A stretch of 64,000 bases of DNA from Chiloscyllium plagiosum (Eukaryota). Below are positions 13,575 through 24,944 of this stretch, one piece after another. Position numbers and translations under genes: made by a program. Where the stretch lies: assembly GCF_004010195.1 (NCBI RefSeq), contig NC_057740.1:34804799-34868798 (forward strand), read 5' to 3'. The notes beneath the pieces were generated by a model. The model did no database searches and had not been told where the DNA came from. It saw only the letters and a list, made by a program, of their open reading frames with translations. The stretch's first letter is position 1, and each line of letters starts with the position of its first letter.

Positions 13575-14125
13575 CCCTCTGATATATCCGTGCTCCTCTA
13601 TTTCTAACCTCTTGTGCATTCCCACTTCACCATTAATGAATGTGGCTTCATTTGCTTAGTCTGAGAGTTCTGAAATTCCCCTTTTCCCCAAACCTCGCAG
13701 CTCTCCACTGTCCATTTCTACCTTGTTTTTAAGCAATAAGTTTAAGGTGAGAAGGGAAAAATTCAAAAGGGACATAAGAGACACTTTTTCATACAGAGGG
13801 TGGTACGTGTGTGGAATGAGCTGCCAGAGGAAGTGATGGAGGCTGGTACAATTGCAACATTTAAAAGGCATCTGGATGGGTATATGAATAGAAAGGGTTT
13901 AGAGGGATAACGGCCAAATGCTGGCAAATGGGACTAGATTAATTTACGACATCTGGTCAGCGTAGATGAATTGCTAAAGAGTCTGTTTCCATACTGTACA
14001 TCTCCAAGACTCTATGATAGTCTTTAAAAACCAACTTACCAAGTTTGGATCATCTGACCTCATTTCACTTTGTGTCATATAATGCTCCTAAGAAATGTCT
14101 TGGAACATTTCATGATGTTAAAGTT
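13575..14125 (+). mobile_element. L2-like LINE 3' remnant interrupted by a CR1 3' end (13735-14017)
   Basis: CR1: FKVRREKFKRD..FFIQRVVRVWNELP and GACTCTATGA tail; flanks resemble 30585-31180. Confidence 0.7.
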
Positions 14126-14134
14126 TGCTGTTAG

Positions 14135-14252
14135 GGTTTTCCTAGCTACCATCAGTTCTGAAGAACCTGAAATGTTAACTCCTTTTTCTCTCCACAGATT
14201 CTGAGATTTTCCAGCAATTTCTGTTTTGTTTTCACATTTCCAGCATGCACAG
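14135..14252 (+). mobile_element. Penelope/Neptune 3' remnant with eroded hammerhead
   Basis: TTTCCTAGCTACCATCAGTTCTGAAGAA...GAAATGTTAACT, similar to 58505-58625 and 61600-61750. Confidence 0.6.
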
Positions 14253-14849
14253 TTTTTTTTTCGGTTTCTTACAGTTGTTGTTGAAACTGAGAACAGCCAA
14301 TTCCTTTGTGAGTGCTGAAAGCTTAATAATCCATCGAAAATCCTTAATTGTGTTCTTTCCCTTGGTCTCATGCAGCATATCGTCATTTCACTGAGGGATG
14401 GCTGCTTGCTAACAAAACATCCCATGTTCAGTAACTTCCCATGGTACCACTTATTGGTTTTACAAAAAAACAACACCCTCTGGAGAGGACTTCATTCATA
14501 TAGAGCCATTAGGAGCAGTGATATACAGAGAACTTCAGTTCTACACGGGCCAGGTAGGGCCAAGGGCTGCTACACGTGTGACGGCAGGAAATTCTTCAAT
14601 GCTACATTCAGGGATAGTTCCATCCCGGTGTTTATTGAATTCTGAAAGCCTCCACATTTGTGGTCTTCCAGATGGTGTGCACTATGCCGTTACGGAACCA
14701 ATCAATCCTTGCAGCATGCCTTCTTGCAAAAACCGCATTCTCTTAACTGAATGCAGCTCCCTTTGCAGGTCCAGGGTTTCAATCAGCCCTCTGATTTTTT
14801 TAAATTGGTCTTGAAATGTCCTCTACCTACTCTCAATGTGAATGAGAAA

Positions 14850-15420
14850 AACTACAAATGTACACAATTGTGAAATCATCCAGTTTGGGACTGAAAAGGT
14901 TAGAACAGAGACTTTTCAAAAGGGACCGCATTCGAAAAAGTGGAGATACAAACTGGTTTGGTCTAAGTATGTATCTCAATAAAAAGTCTTCATCAGTTAC
15001 AGAAAATAATAAGAAAAAGGCTACTGGAGGATTAAGTGTAATGGAATTCGGAAGGTTAAGGATTGACTTGATCAAAGTCTTCAAGAGGATAATCGCTAGA
15101 GTATCTAACAAGAAATTGTTGCAGGCAGTTGGGGACTCTCACATTATGATACATCGTTGATCAATCAGATCCAGAGTTTTTAAGTGAGATACTAGGAAAC
15201 ATTTCGACTCACAGAAACCGACCACAGTTTTGAGATTTTCCTGTGCAAACAGAACGCAAGCTCAACGGCTAATGTTAAAAATGAGATTGTGAGGCTATTT
15301 TGCAATGTGGGGCAAATATAGGTATAAGGAGTTGGGCCAGAGATCAACCATGATCAATGTAATCGGGGAGAGGGTGGGGAAGGTTGTTGGCACAAAATGG
15401 CTTCCTCATCTGTTCCTGTG
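14850..15420 (+). mobile_element. Old CR1 3' fragment
   Basis: EFGRLRIDLIKVFK motif, eroded 3' UTR. Confidence 0.65.
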
Positions 15421-16274
15421 CCCCTACATACAAGCAGGACCACATATATACAGACCTAGAAGATCTGAGGAACAATGCACTTGATTGTGAGAATTACAGA
15501 GAAGGGCTTTGCTTCAACATTTAAACTCTGCTTCTGCTGAAGAACCCACAACATAAAGGACAGCAGCTGACTGGTCGAGCCAATCTGGGAAGGGGCAAAT
15601 CAAAAAGTCTAGAGAAGGTGTATTGTGGTGGCGAGGGTGAGCAAATCAAACCATGAAAGGCACAAGGTGTAGCACACTGCTGTGTGATTTAGCAGCACTG
15701 CAGCAACTGTTTAGCTACAACCAGTTACTCTGCTATATGAATGGATGTCATTGTAAGGTGAATGAAATAGATATATCTGAAAAAGTTGGACATCCTCCAT
15801 GATCTTAGAGTGAGCTGGGATGTGAAAGGAGAACAGAGCTTGGAATTGGCCAGTGTGCCAGCTAGCTTTCTCGAAACGACATTCCAGATTGTGTGCATGC
15901 TTTTGGAGTTTTTAAAAAATCATCTCAATCTGACAGCTACTATCTGAGCCAAAACAAACACATTCGAACATCTGTTTTGTTCAAGATGGTATCGAGAGAG
16001 GTCACTACTTCTGCAAAATAGAAAGTAAAGATGTCTGATTATTTTTGACCCGAAAGTCGAAAAGGTAAACAGTTGGAAATTTGTGAACATTGACAGTCAG
16101 ACTGTACATACCTCCAAGGAATAACAATCACTCAAACACAATGTAACAAGACAAAATAAGAAGAACCTTACAGAAAGTGGGGCAGGGAGCAGGGATGGAG
16201 ATATGCAAAAATAATGTGCAAATGTATAATAGTTATACAGTGAGAGTGAGAAAGACAGAGATGATTTCCAGCAG

Positions 16275-16675
16275 CTCTCCATTCATAGGACTGCTGCCCT
16301 GAAGTCAAAAAGTGATAAATTCAAGTCACAATCAAGAAGCTTTAGTGTAAAATCCACATTCCAGTCATGAGGGATTGCAGTACAGTCGGATGTGCTGTCT
16401 TTGTGGATGAGACCCTCACTGCTTTCTAAGCCAAATGTATAAGATCATATTGTACACTTTTGAAGATAAAGCATATCCCAGCCAACACCAATCCCTCGAT
16501 TAACATCATAAAAAAGGGATCACCTGGTACTTTTCATATTGTCATTTGTGGTACCATCCTATAAACAATGCCGCAATTCTGGCAGTAGCTACAGTTCAAG
16601 ACTACTTTATAGGCTAAAAGTAGTTTAGGACACCCTTTAGTCATGGAAGGCACCACAGAAATGCAAGTCTTCCTT
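16275..16675 (+). mobile_element. Deu-domain-type SINE (SacSINE1/AmnSINE1-like), degraded
   Basis: L2-like tail ...GAAGGCACCACAGAAATGCAAGTCTT; same family as 33790-34205, 46845-47260, 53085-53435, 60985-61585. Confidence 0.55.
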
Positions 16676-16679
16676 TAAC

Positions 16680-16966
16680 TGTCCCTACAGTATGGAAAAG
16701 GCTATTTGGCCCAGGAAGTCCACACTGACCCTCTTTAGAGCAACCCACCCAGATGCATTCCCCCACCATATACTTACTCCTAACTATTGCACCTGACCCT
16801 ATGGGCAATTCAACATGGCCAATTCACCTGGCTTGCACAAGGAAACCCACACAGACACAGGGAGAATGTGCAAACTCCACACAGACAGACACCCGAGGCA
16901 GGGATTAAACCCAGGTCCCTAGCGCTGTGAGGCAACAGTGCTAACTACTGAGCCACCACGCTGCCC
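16680..16966 (-). mobile_element. HE1-like SINE
   Basis: Antisense head and V domain. Confidence 0.85.
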
Positions 16967-16967
16967 T

Positions 16968-17902
16968 CTAAAGTAGGCAGGGTGGTTAAGAAGGCGTTTA
17001 GCACACTTGCCGTCATTGCTCAGATATTTGGGTGTACAAGTTGGGACGTCATGTTGAGGTTGTACAGAATGTTGGTGAGACCTGTTCTGGTGTACTGTGT
17101 GCAGTTATTGTCGCCCCATTGTAGGAAGAATATTATTAAACAGGGGTAGTTCAAAAAAGATTGGCCAGGATGTTGCCAAGAATCGACAGTTTGAGATATG
17201 AAGATAGATTAGAAAGACCGGAACGAAAATCATGAGGAGTATAGATAAAGTGAACAACAAGGTTTGTTACCCTACAATGAGGGAGTTCAAAACTAGGGGG
17301 CATACTTTTAAAGTGAGAGGCGAAACATTTAGAAAGGACATGGCGGCAACATGTTTTTATACAGAGAGTGGTTAAAGCGTGGAATGAACAGCCAGAGAAA
17401 GTGATGAGTGCAGGGGCAGGTACTGCTACAATGTTTGAAAGACATTTGGATGAGTTTGTGAAAAGGAAAGGTTTGGAAGGATATGGGTCAAGTGCAGGCA
17501 GGTGGGGCTAGTTTAGTTTGGAGACATAGAATCCCTATAGTGTGGAAGCAAGCCTTTCAGCCCACTGAGCCCATGCTGGCCCTCCAAAGACAATTCTACC
17601 CAGACCCACCCTATCCCTGCATTTCCCACGACTAATCCACCTTGCACATCCCTGGACACCATGAGCAAGTTAGCATGACCAGCCAACTTAACCTGCTCAT
17701 CTTTGGACTGTCGGAGAAAACCAGGGCACCAGAGGAATCCTACATAGACGTTGGGGAGAGCATCCAAACTCCACCCAAGGCTGGAATCGAACCCAGGTCC
17801 CCAGCACTGTCAAGTAGCAGTGCTAACCACTAGCTACAGAGCTGCCCTAATTGGTGTAGACTGGTTGCACTAGAGGGTTTGTTTCCATGCTATATGACTC
17901 TG
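16968..17902 (+). mobile_element. CR1 3' fragment with an HE1-like SINE (17524-17847, -) inserted in its 3' UTR
   Basis: MLRLYRMLVRPVLVYCVQL motif; tail GTTTCCATGCTATATGACTCT resumes after the SINE. Confidence 0.8.
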
Positions 17903-18757
17903 ACGCAATTTAACTATAAAATGAGAAGGCCAGCAAAAAGAGATGGGGGCGGGGGTGGGGGTGGTGGTAGAAGCAGAGAACGAGGGTGAGATGGTTGTAG
18001 GGAGAAAAAGTACTGGAGGAAATCAAACAGTAGAATTGAAATTGCCCTGAGGAGGAAATTGCTCTTAATAGGCTTGCATTTAAGCGAGGGAACCGGTAAT
18101 GGATACCCTTTCAGTTCAGATACATTATGCAGAGTTCTGAGTTGCAAAATACTGCTGCAGTCACGAGTGTTAAATACTGTGGCCCATTTGGGACAATTTC
18201 AGCTGATAGGCCTGTCCGCAACAAAGGAAGGCAAACACAAGCAGGATGTGGATCCTACCCACTGCTCAATCACCAGGCCGTTAGTCTGAAGTGAGGTCGG
18301 GGGAGGGGCGGGGGGGGGGGGAGTTGTGGTTCAGTTCTTAGTGAAGTGGCTGGAAAAGTTCTGTCAGTGTTGAAAACACGCACTGCTTATCATAAACAGA
18401 GATCCTCTGCCAGAAATTATTTTAATAAACTACTTGCAAGCCACAATTGTGACTGTAGACTTTACTTTGCCACTGAATTATATGTGCCATAGCAAATGAC
18501 CCACTCCCTAAACGTCCCAGGGGTATTCACCAAAGATCAAATAGAAGAAAGAAAGGACCAGGAAAACAAGAGGGAAGCGATAGCTGAAATCACCAAATAA
18601 AACAATAGATTTTGAGGAATGTCTTAAAGGTGAGGTAAGGTGTTGGGGGTTTAATCATAGAATCCCTACAGAATGGATTCAGGGTATTTAGCCCACACTG
18701 ACTCACCCTATCCCTATAACCTCACATTTCCCATGGCCACCCCACCTAGTCTGACAG

Positions 18758-19066
18758 TGGGTGGCACGGTGGCACAGTGGTTAGCACTGCTGCCTCACAG
18801 CGCCTGAGACCCGGGTTCAATTCCCGCCTCAGGCAACTGACTGTGTGGAGTTTGCACATTCTCCCCGTGTCTACATGGGTTTCCTCCGGGTGCTCCGGTT
18901 TTCTCCCACAATCCAAAGATGTGCAGGTCAGGTGAATTGGCCACGTTAAATTGCCCGTAGTGTTAGGTAAGGGGTAAATGTAGGGGTATGGGTGGGTTGC
19001 GCTTCGGCGGGTCGGTGTGGACTTGTTTGGCCGAAGGGCCTGTTTCCACACTGTAATGTAATCTAC
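18758..19066 (+). mobile_element. HE1-like SINE, young subfamily
   Basis: Near-identical to 8198-8516. Confidence 0.9.
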
Positions 19067-19069
19067 TCT

Positions 19070-19195
19070 AATTCCTGATGAAGGGCTTATGCCCAAAACA
19101 TTGACTCTTCTGCTTCTTGAATGCTACCTGACCTGCTGTGCTTTTCCAGCACCACACGTTTCGATTCTGACTCTCTAGCATCTGCAGTCCTCACC
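19070..19195 (+). mobile_element. Penelope-derived short element with mutated hammerhead
   Basis: CTGATGAAGGGCTTATGCCCAAAAC...CTGACCTGCTGTGCTTTTCCAGC...CTGCAGTCCTCAC. Confidence 0.8.
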
Positions 19196-20454
19196 AACAC
19201 CCTTGAGCTGTTCAGGGAGAGGTGGGCACCGCAGGGAGTGGAGTGTATTATTTACCTCTCCAACTCTATTTTGATTTAAACCCTGCCCTCCCCTTCACTT
19301 TTTGATCACACATCATTGCCCTCTAAGAAGGGCACTACTTGTCACTGGCCACTTGGGTGTTTCCTTTCTTCCTGGTGGTGAAAATTGTAGAAAGACTTGT
19401 ACATCTTGTATTTTTCACTGCGTCTCACACCTGCACACACACAACATAGGTGCTGGGGAAAATATAAGCAACTACAGTCCTCACCCACCTACTCTGTACA
19501 CAATGGGCAATTTAGCATGGCCAATCCATCAACCTGCACATCTTTGGACTGTGGGAGAAAACCCACATCAACAGAGGGAGAACGTGAAAACTCCACACAG
19601 ACAGCCACCCAAGGCTGGAATTGAACCCAGAACTCTAGTATTGTGAGATAACAGTGCTAACCACTGTGCCACCATTTAAGGAGTAGCTTCAGAGAGTAGG
19701 AACATTGAGATAATTATTTTCCTCTTGTTGTTGTTGTTGTTATGTGATTGTCCCCCAAATTAAACAGCCTAACAATCCATATCTATCACTTATAGAAAAG
19801 TACAGCACAGGAGACCATTCAATCCAGTAAGTCCATGTATCTAAAGCGCAATTGAGTTCATCCACTTCTCCACATCCCTGCATTCTTTCTTGTATTAAAA
19901 TATTTTGACTGGTGTACAAAATATGCCACATCCTAACCACTCTTCACTGAAATAAGATTTTCCTTATGAAGAAATGAAGCAAACAGCCTGCAGACAACGT
20001 CAACCAGCTACACATGTCAAAATAATCAGACCAGCTGCAAAGCAAACAGCTCAGACCACCGTAACTCACTAAAACTCCATCGATGGCATTTTCCAAACCT
20101 TGCAATCGCTACCTCCTGGACTCATAAGGGCCTCAGATGTACAGGAACACTGACTGCACCCATCGTTCCTTCAGCGTCACTGGGTCAAAATCCTTGAACT
20201 GGTTTGGGAAGTTAGCTCGCAACCATACTCTCAAAGGAAATTAGGGATGGACAATAAATCAGCCAGCAGCCTCCCAAAAAAGAACAAAGAGAGCCAATCC
20301 ATGCATATACATATAGATGTGATAAATTCAAACCGTCCTCCTGCTTTACCTCATCCTTCTTTCCTGTACCAAACCATAACACATCACTTTCTCTCCTCAG
20401 ATCCTTCCTGTGCCTTTATATTTCATTAATATGGCAACATGTAGACACTGGAGA

Positions 20455-20617
20455 TGCTGAGGACTGCAGATGCTGGAAAGTCGGAGTCAATAAAGTGTGG
20501 AGCTGGAAAAAGTGCCCCAGGTCAAGAAGCATCAGAGGAGCCGAAGAATCCTGACCTGAAACATCAACGCTCCTTGACCTACTGTGCTTTTTCCAGCTCC
20601 ACACTTTATCAACTCCG
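20455..20617. mobile_element. Fold-back Penelope-derived short element
   Basis: GATAAAGTGTGGAGCTGGAAAA-like arm and its inverted copy TTTTCCAGCTCCACACTTTATC. Confidence 0.7.
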
Positions 20618-20694
20618 CATGAAGATGTTGTCAGTCAACCTGCTCAGACATATTATGGAATATCTCTAGAGATGGTGGGATTCAAACTCACACT

Positions 20695-20824
20695 AGGCAA
20701 AAGTGAGGACTGCAGATGCTGGAAACCAGAGTTTAGATCAAAGTGGTGCTGGAAAAGCACAGCAGGTCAGGCAGCATCCAAAGAGCAGGAAAATCGATGT
20801 TTTGGGTAAAAGCCTTTCATCAGG
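20695..20824 (-). mobile_element. Penelope-derived short element
   Basis: Same family; flanked by AAACTCAC direct repeats (20684-20691, 20825-20832). Confidence 0.8.
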
Positions 20825-20875
20825 AAACTCACCCTGTCTATCATAAAGTGGGGACACTATTGCTGCTCCACAAGA

Positions 20876-21176
20876 TTAGATTAGATTAGATTAGATTACT
20901 TACAGTGTGGAAACAGGCCCTTCGGCCCAACAAGTCCACACCGACCCGCCGAAGCGTAACCCACCCATACCCCTACATTTACCCCTTTACCTAACACTAC
21001 GGGCAATTTAGCATGGCCAATTCACCTGACTTGCACATCTTTGGACTGTGGGAGGAAACCGGAGCCCCCGGAGGAAACCCACGCAGACACGGGGAGAACG
21101 TGCAAACTCCACACAGTCAGTCGCCTGAGTCGGGAATTGAACCCGGGTCTCTGGCGCTGCGAGGCTAACCACTGTG
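20876..21176 (-). mobile_element. HE1-like SINE, young subfamily
   Basis: Reverse complement of 8198-8516; (ATTAG)n tail. Confidence 0.9.
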
Positions 21177-21194
21177 CTTGCTGCTTTTCGTATT

Positions 21195-21518
21195 CCATAG
21201 AATCCCTACAGTGTGAAAGCAGGCCATTCAGCCCATCAAGTTCATTTTAGGTCACTCCATCCCACTCAGACCTACTTCATCCCTGTAAACCTGCATTTAC
21301 TATGATTAATCCCTATCCAATGGATACTGTGGCCAACTTCACATGGCCAATCCAGTTAGCCTGCACATCTTTGGACTGCAGGAGGAAATAAGAGCAAACC
21401 CACGCAGACACAGGGAGAATGTGCAAATTCCATGCAGACAGTCACCCAAAGCTGGAATCGAACCTCAGTGCCTGCTCCTGTGAGGCAGCAGTGTGAACCA
21501 CTGTGCCACCGTGCCAAC
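21195..21518 (-). mobile_element. HE1-like SINE, older subfamily
   Basis: Antisense head AACCACTGTGCCACCGTGCC. Confidence 0.85.
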
Positions 21519-21879
21519 CCAAGTAGTTTCCCACCCAAGTACTAACCAGTGGCCAAATCTGCTAGGTGTCCGAAATCAGATGAGATCAGATATTTTCAGG
21601 CCAGTCAGGCCATTTGTTTAATTCATTTCTTAGCTTGATAATCTGAAAGCTGAAATGTCTTTATGTTTCTGGTCCTAGAGGATTTCTTGAGCCCAGTTTC
21701 TGATGGCCCAATCAGGAATCACTCTCTTTGTACCAACCAGATGACAGCCTCCTGCAATTCAGGGCCAGGGACTTTGATGGGCTCAAGTTTTTTTTCAAAT
21801 TTGCAAGCGCAGAAGTATGGAATTTTCATGGCCCCCAGAGGAAAACTTATCCTGTTAATCAAGATTCCTCCTGATTTTG

Positions 21880-22106
21880 AGTGCGAGCAGCAGCTGAGTT
21901 TAAACGAACTCGGAAGGCTACAGCTAAGGTGAGACAGTTTGTTTTAAAATTACTTACCAGTAGCGGGCAGCGGTGTTTGTTTTCTCTTCACAGAAAGAGC
22001 GGGAGCAGCAGGGGGAAGTGACGACGACCAGAGGGGCAGTCGGAAGCTGGTGTAGCGCAAGCTTACCTGGGTAGGTTTTTTTTCCCTATAAAAGCGCGCA
22101 GGAGAG
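21880..22106 (+). promoter_or_regulatory. CpG-rich CR1 5' leader / putative internal Pol II promoter (copy 2)
   Basis: GGAAGTGACG 22014-22023, TATAAAA 22087-22093; homologous to 380-596. Confidence 0.65.
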
Positions 22107-23745
22107 CTGTTGCAGGTTCCAGGGTTTAAATGTTTTAGTAGGGTCAGGGGTGGGGATAAAAGAGAGAGAGGTGTGGCATTGCTTGTCAAAGATAGTATTA
22201 CAGGGTGGAAAGGACGATGGATGAAGACTCGCCATCTGAGGTAGTTTGGGCTGAGGTTAGGAATAGGAAAGGAGAAGTCACCCGGTTAGGAGTTTTCTAC
22301 AGGCCTCCTAATAGTCCTAGAGATNNNNNNNNNNNNNNNNNNNNNNNNNNNNNNNNNNNNNNNNNNNNNNNNNNNNNNNNNNNNNNNNNNNNNNNNNNNN
22401 NNNNNNNNNNNNNNNNNNNNNNNNNNNNNNNNNNNNNNNNNNNNNNNNNNNNNNNNNNNNNNNNNNNNNNNNNNNNNNNNNNNNNNNNNNNNNNNNNNNN
22501 NNNNNNNNNNNNNNNNNNNNNNNNNNNNNNNNNNNNNNNNNNNNNNNNNNNNNNNNNNNNNNNNNNNNNNNNNAGTGATGGAGAGGGATAAGTGTGCACT
22601 GCAGGGCAAGAGATATAGCTGGGGGCAGGGAAATTAAGATGTGGTGAGGCACGACTTAGGATGCGTGGCTTGGAAAAGTAGGCTTCAAGGCATGGGCACA
22701 ATTGATATGTGGAGCTTGTTCGAGGAGCAACTATTTAATGTCATTGATAAGTATGTACCTGTCAGGCAGGGAGGAAAGGGTCGTGTGAGGGAGCCGAGGT
22801 TTAATCAGGAATTGGAATCCCTTGTTAAATGGAAGAGGGCGGTCTATGTAAAGATGAGGCGTGAAGGTTCAATTGGGGCGATTGAGAGTTATAAGGTAGC
22901 CAGGAAGGATCTGAAGAGAGAACTAAGAGCAGCAAGGAGGGGACATGTGAGTGTGAGGTGATTCACTTTGGTAAGAGTAACAAAAAGATGGGGTACTGGG
23001 CTAATGGTCAGATACTTGGTAGTGCGGATGAGCAGAGGGATCTTGGTGTCCATGTACACAGATCTCTGAAAGTTGCCACCCAGGTAAATAGTGCGGTAAT
23101 GAAGGCATATGGCGTACTGGCTTTTATTGGTAGAGGAATTGAGTTCCGGAATCCTGAGATCATGTTGCAGTTGTATAAGACTCTGGTGCGGCCGCATCTG
23201 GAGTATTGTGTGCGGTTTTGGTCGCCATACTATAGGAAGGATGTGGTGGCACTGGAACGGGTGCAGAGGAGGTTTAGCAAGATGTTGCCTGGTATGGTAA
23301 GAAGATCGTATGAGGAAAGGCTGAGGTACTTGGGGCTGTTTTCATTGGAGAAAAGAAGGTTTAGGGGTGACTTGATAGAGGTGTACAAGATGATTAGGGG
23401 TTTAGATAGGGTTGACCATGAGAACCTTTTACCATGTATAGAGTCAGCGATTATGCGGGGCTGTCTCTACAGCACTCTGTGGCAAGGAGTGGGCATAGCT
23501 TTAAATTAAGGGGTGGTAGGTATAGGACAGATGTTAGGGGTAGATTCTTTACTCAGCGAGTCGTGAGTTCATGGAATGCCCTGCCAGTAGCAGTAGTGGA
23601 CTCTCCCTCTTTATGGGCATTTAAACGGGCATTGGATAGGCATATGGAGGATAGTGGGCTAGTGTAGGTTAGTTGGGCTTGGATCGGCGCAACATCGAGT
23701 GCCATAGGGCCTGTACTGCGCTGTATTTTTCTATGTTCTATGTTC
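22107..23745 (+). mobile_element. Internally deleted CR1 LINE: ORF2 endonuclease part, linker, ORF2 C-terminus, 3' UTR
   Basis: LLQVPGFKCFSRVRGGDKRERGVALLVKD, GVFYRPP (APE endonuclease); jump at ~22947 from AARRGH to CEVIHFGKSN skipping the RT core; LYKTLVRPHLEYC; (CTATGTT)n tail. Confidence 0.9.
22325..22573. other. Assembly gap
   Basis: N characters. Confidence 1.
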
Positions 23746-23849
23746 CCCTCCAACAGACAGAAACTCAGCGAAAAATTCACCTCAGAACTGTTCAGATACA
23801 CTACTCGGTCAAGTCTTAACCCAACCCATGATTTGCTTACTTTGATAAA

Positions 23850-24090
23850 TACTCTCTGCTTTTACACTATCACTGGAGTACTTCAGAGAGGCCATATATG
23901 AAATACATGCAAAATATATGGACCTCCAAGCCAATCTTTGTTACAACCTGGACTCAGTAACTTAGCAAGTTCAATATTGCAAAAAAACACTCTTCATACA
24001 TTCAAAGTATTGTTGATGTTTTGTCCATTGAATTAATATTCTTGTGAAATGTCCTGATGAGTACAAAATGAAAAGCTTCGACAAAATCTT
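23850..24090 (+). mobile_element. Degraded Penelope-like 3' end with hammerhead-like remnant
   Basis: GTCCTGATGAGTACAAAATGAAAAGCTTCGAC at 24051-24082 (GTC/GAC possible stem I, CTGATGA core). Confidence 0.45.
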
Positions 24091-24167
24091 TTACAGAAAT
24101 ACTCACATTCAGCCAAACAAAACAATATTTTTACACAGCAATTGCTAATTTAGAAAAGTCCACCTCA

Positions 24168-24810
24168 GAACATAGAACATAAAACATTCCAGCGCAGTTC
24201 AGGCCCTTCGGCCCTCGATGTTGCACCAACCTTTGGAACAATCTGAAGCCCATCTAACCTACACCATTCCATTTTTATCCATATATTTATCCAATGGCCA
24301 TTTAAATGCTCTTAAAGTTGACGAATCCACTACTGTTGCAGGGAGTGCATTCCATGTCCCTACTACTCTCTGAATAAAGAAACTCCCTCTGACATCTGTC
24401 CTATATCTATCATCACTCAATCTAAAGCTATGTCCTCTCATGCTAGCCAACGCCATCCGAGGAAAAAGGCTCTCACTGTCCTCTCTATCTAACTCTCTGA
24501 TTATCTTATATGTCTCAATTAAGTCACCTCTCAACCTTCTTCTCTCTAATGAAAACAGCCTCAAGTCCCTCACCCTTTCCTCGTAAGACCTTCCTTCCAT
24601 ACTGGCAACATCCTAGTAAATCTCCTCTGAACCCTTTCCAAAGCTTCCACATCCTTCCTATAATGTGGTGACCAGAACTGTAGACAATACTCCAAATGCA
24701 GCCGCACCAGAGTTTTGTATAGCTTCAGCATGACCTCATGGTTCCAAAACTCAACCCCACTCCCAATAAAAGCTAACACTCCATATGCCTTCTTAACAAC
24801 TCTATTAATC
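24168..24810 (-). mobile_element. CR1 3' fragment (same tail type as 22107-23745)
   Basis: VVKKAYGVLAFI, LYKTLVRLHLEYC, RRRLRGDLIETYK; (AGAACAT)n antisense tail. Confidence 0.9.
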
Positions 24811-24944
24811 ATGTTCATCTCCTACCAGAAGAGTAGTCACATAACTCAATAATACTGCAGCTGTTGACTATAATCATAACAATCAATCCTTATAAATTAG
24901 TTGACATCAACCTTAAATACGTTGTTTCATCTTTTAATTATTCA

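Larger units (their letters stand above)
18655..19672 (-). mobile_element. Older HE1-like SINE split (18655-18752 and 19500-19672) by nested insertions
   Basis: The two halves are collinear with the intact copy at 17524-17847. Confidence 0.65.

Noticed and set aside
21951-22069. U1 snRNA gene (TACTTACC / CTTACCTG motifs)
   Set aside because: Only the 8-9 nt splice-site-complementary motif matches; no downstream U1 sequence.
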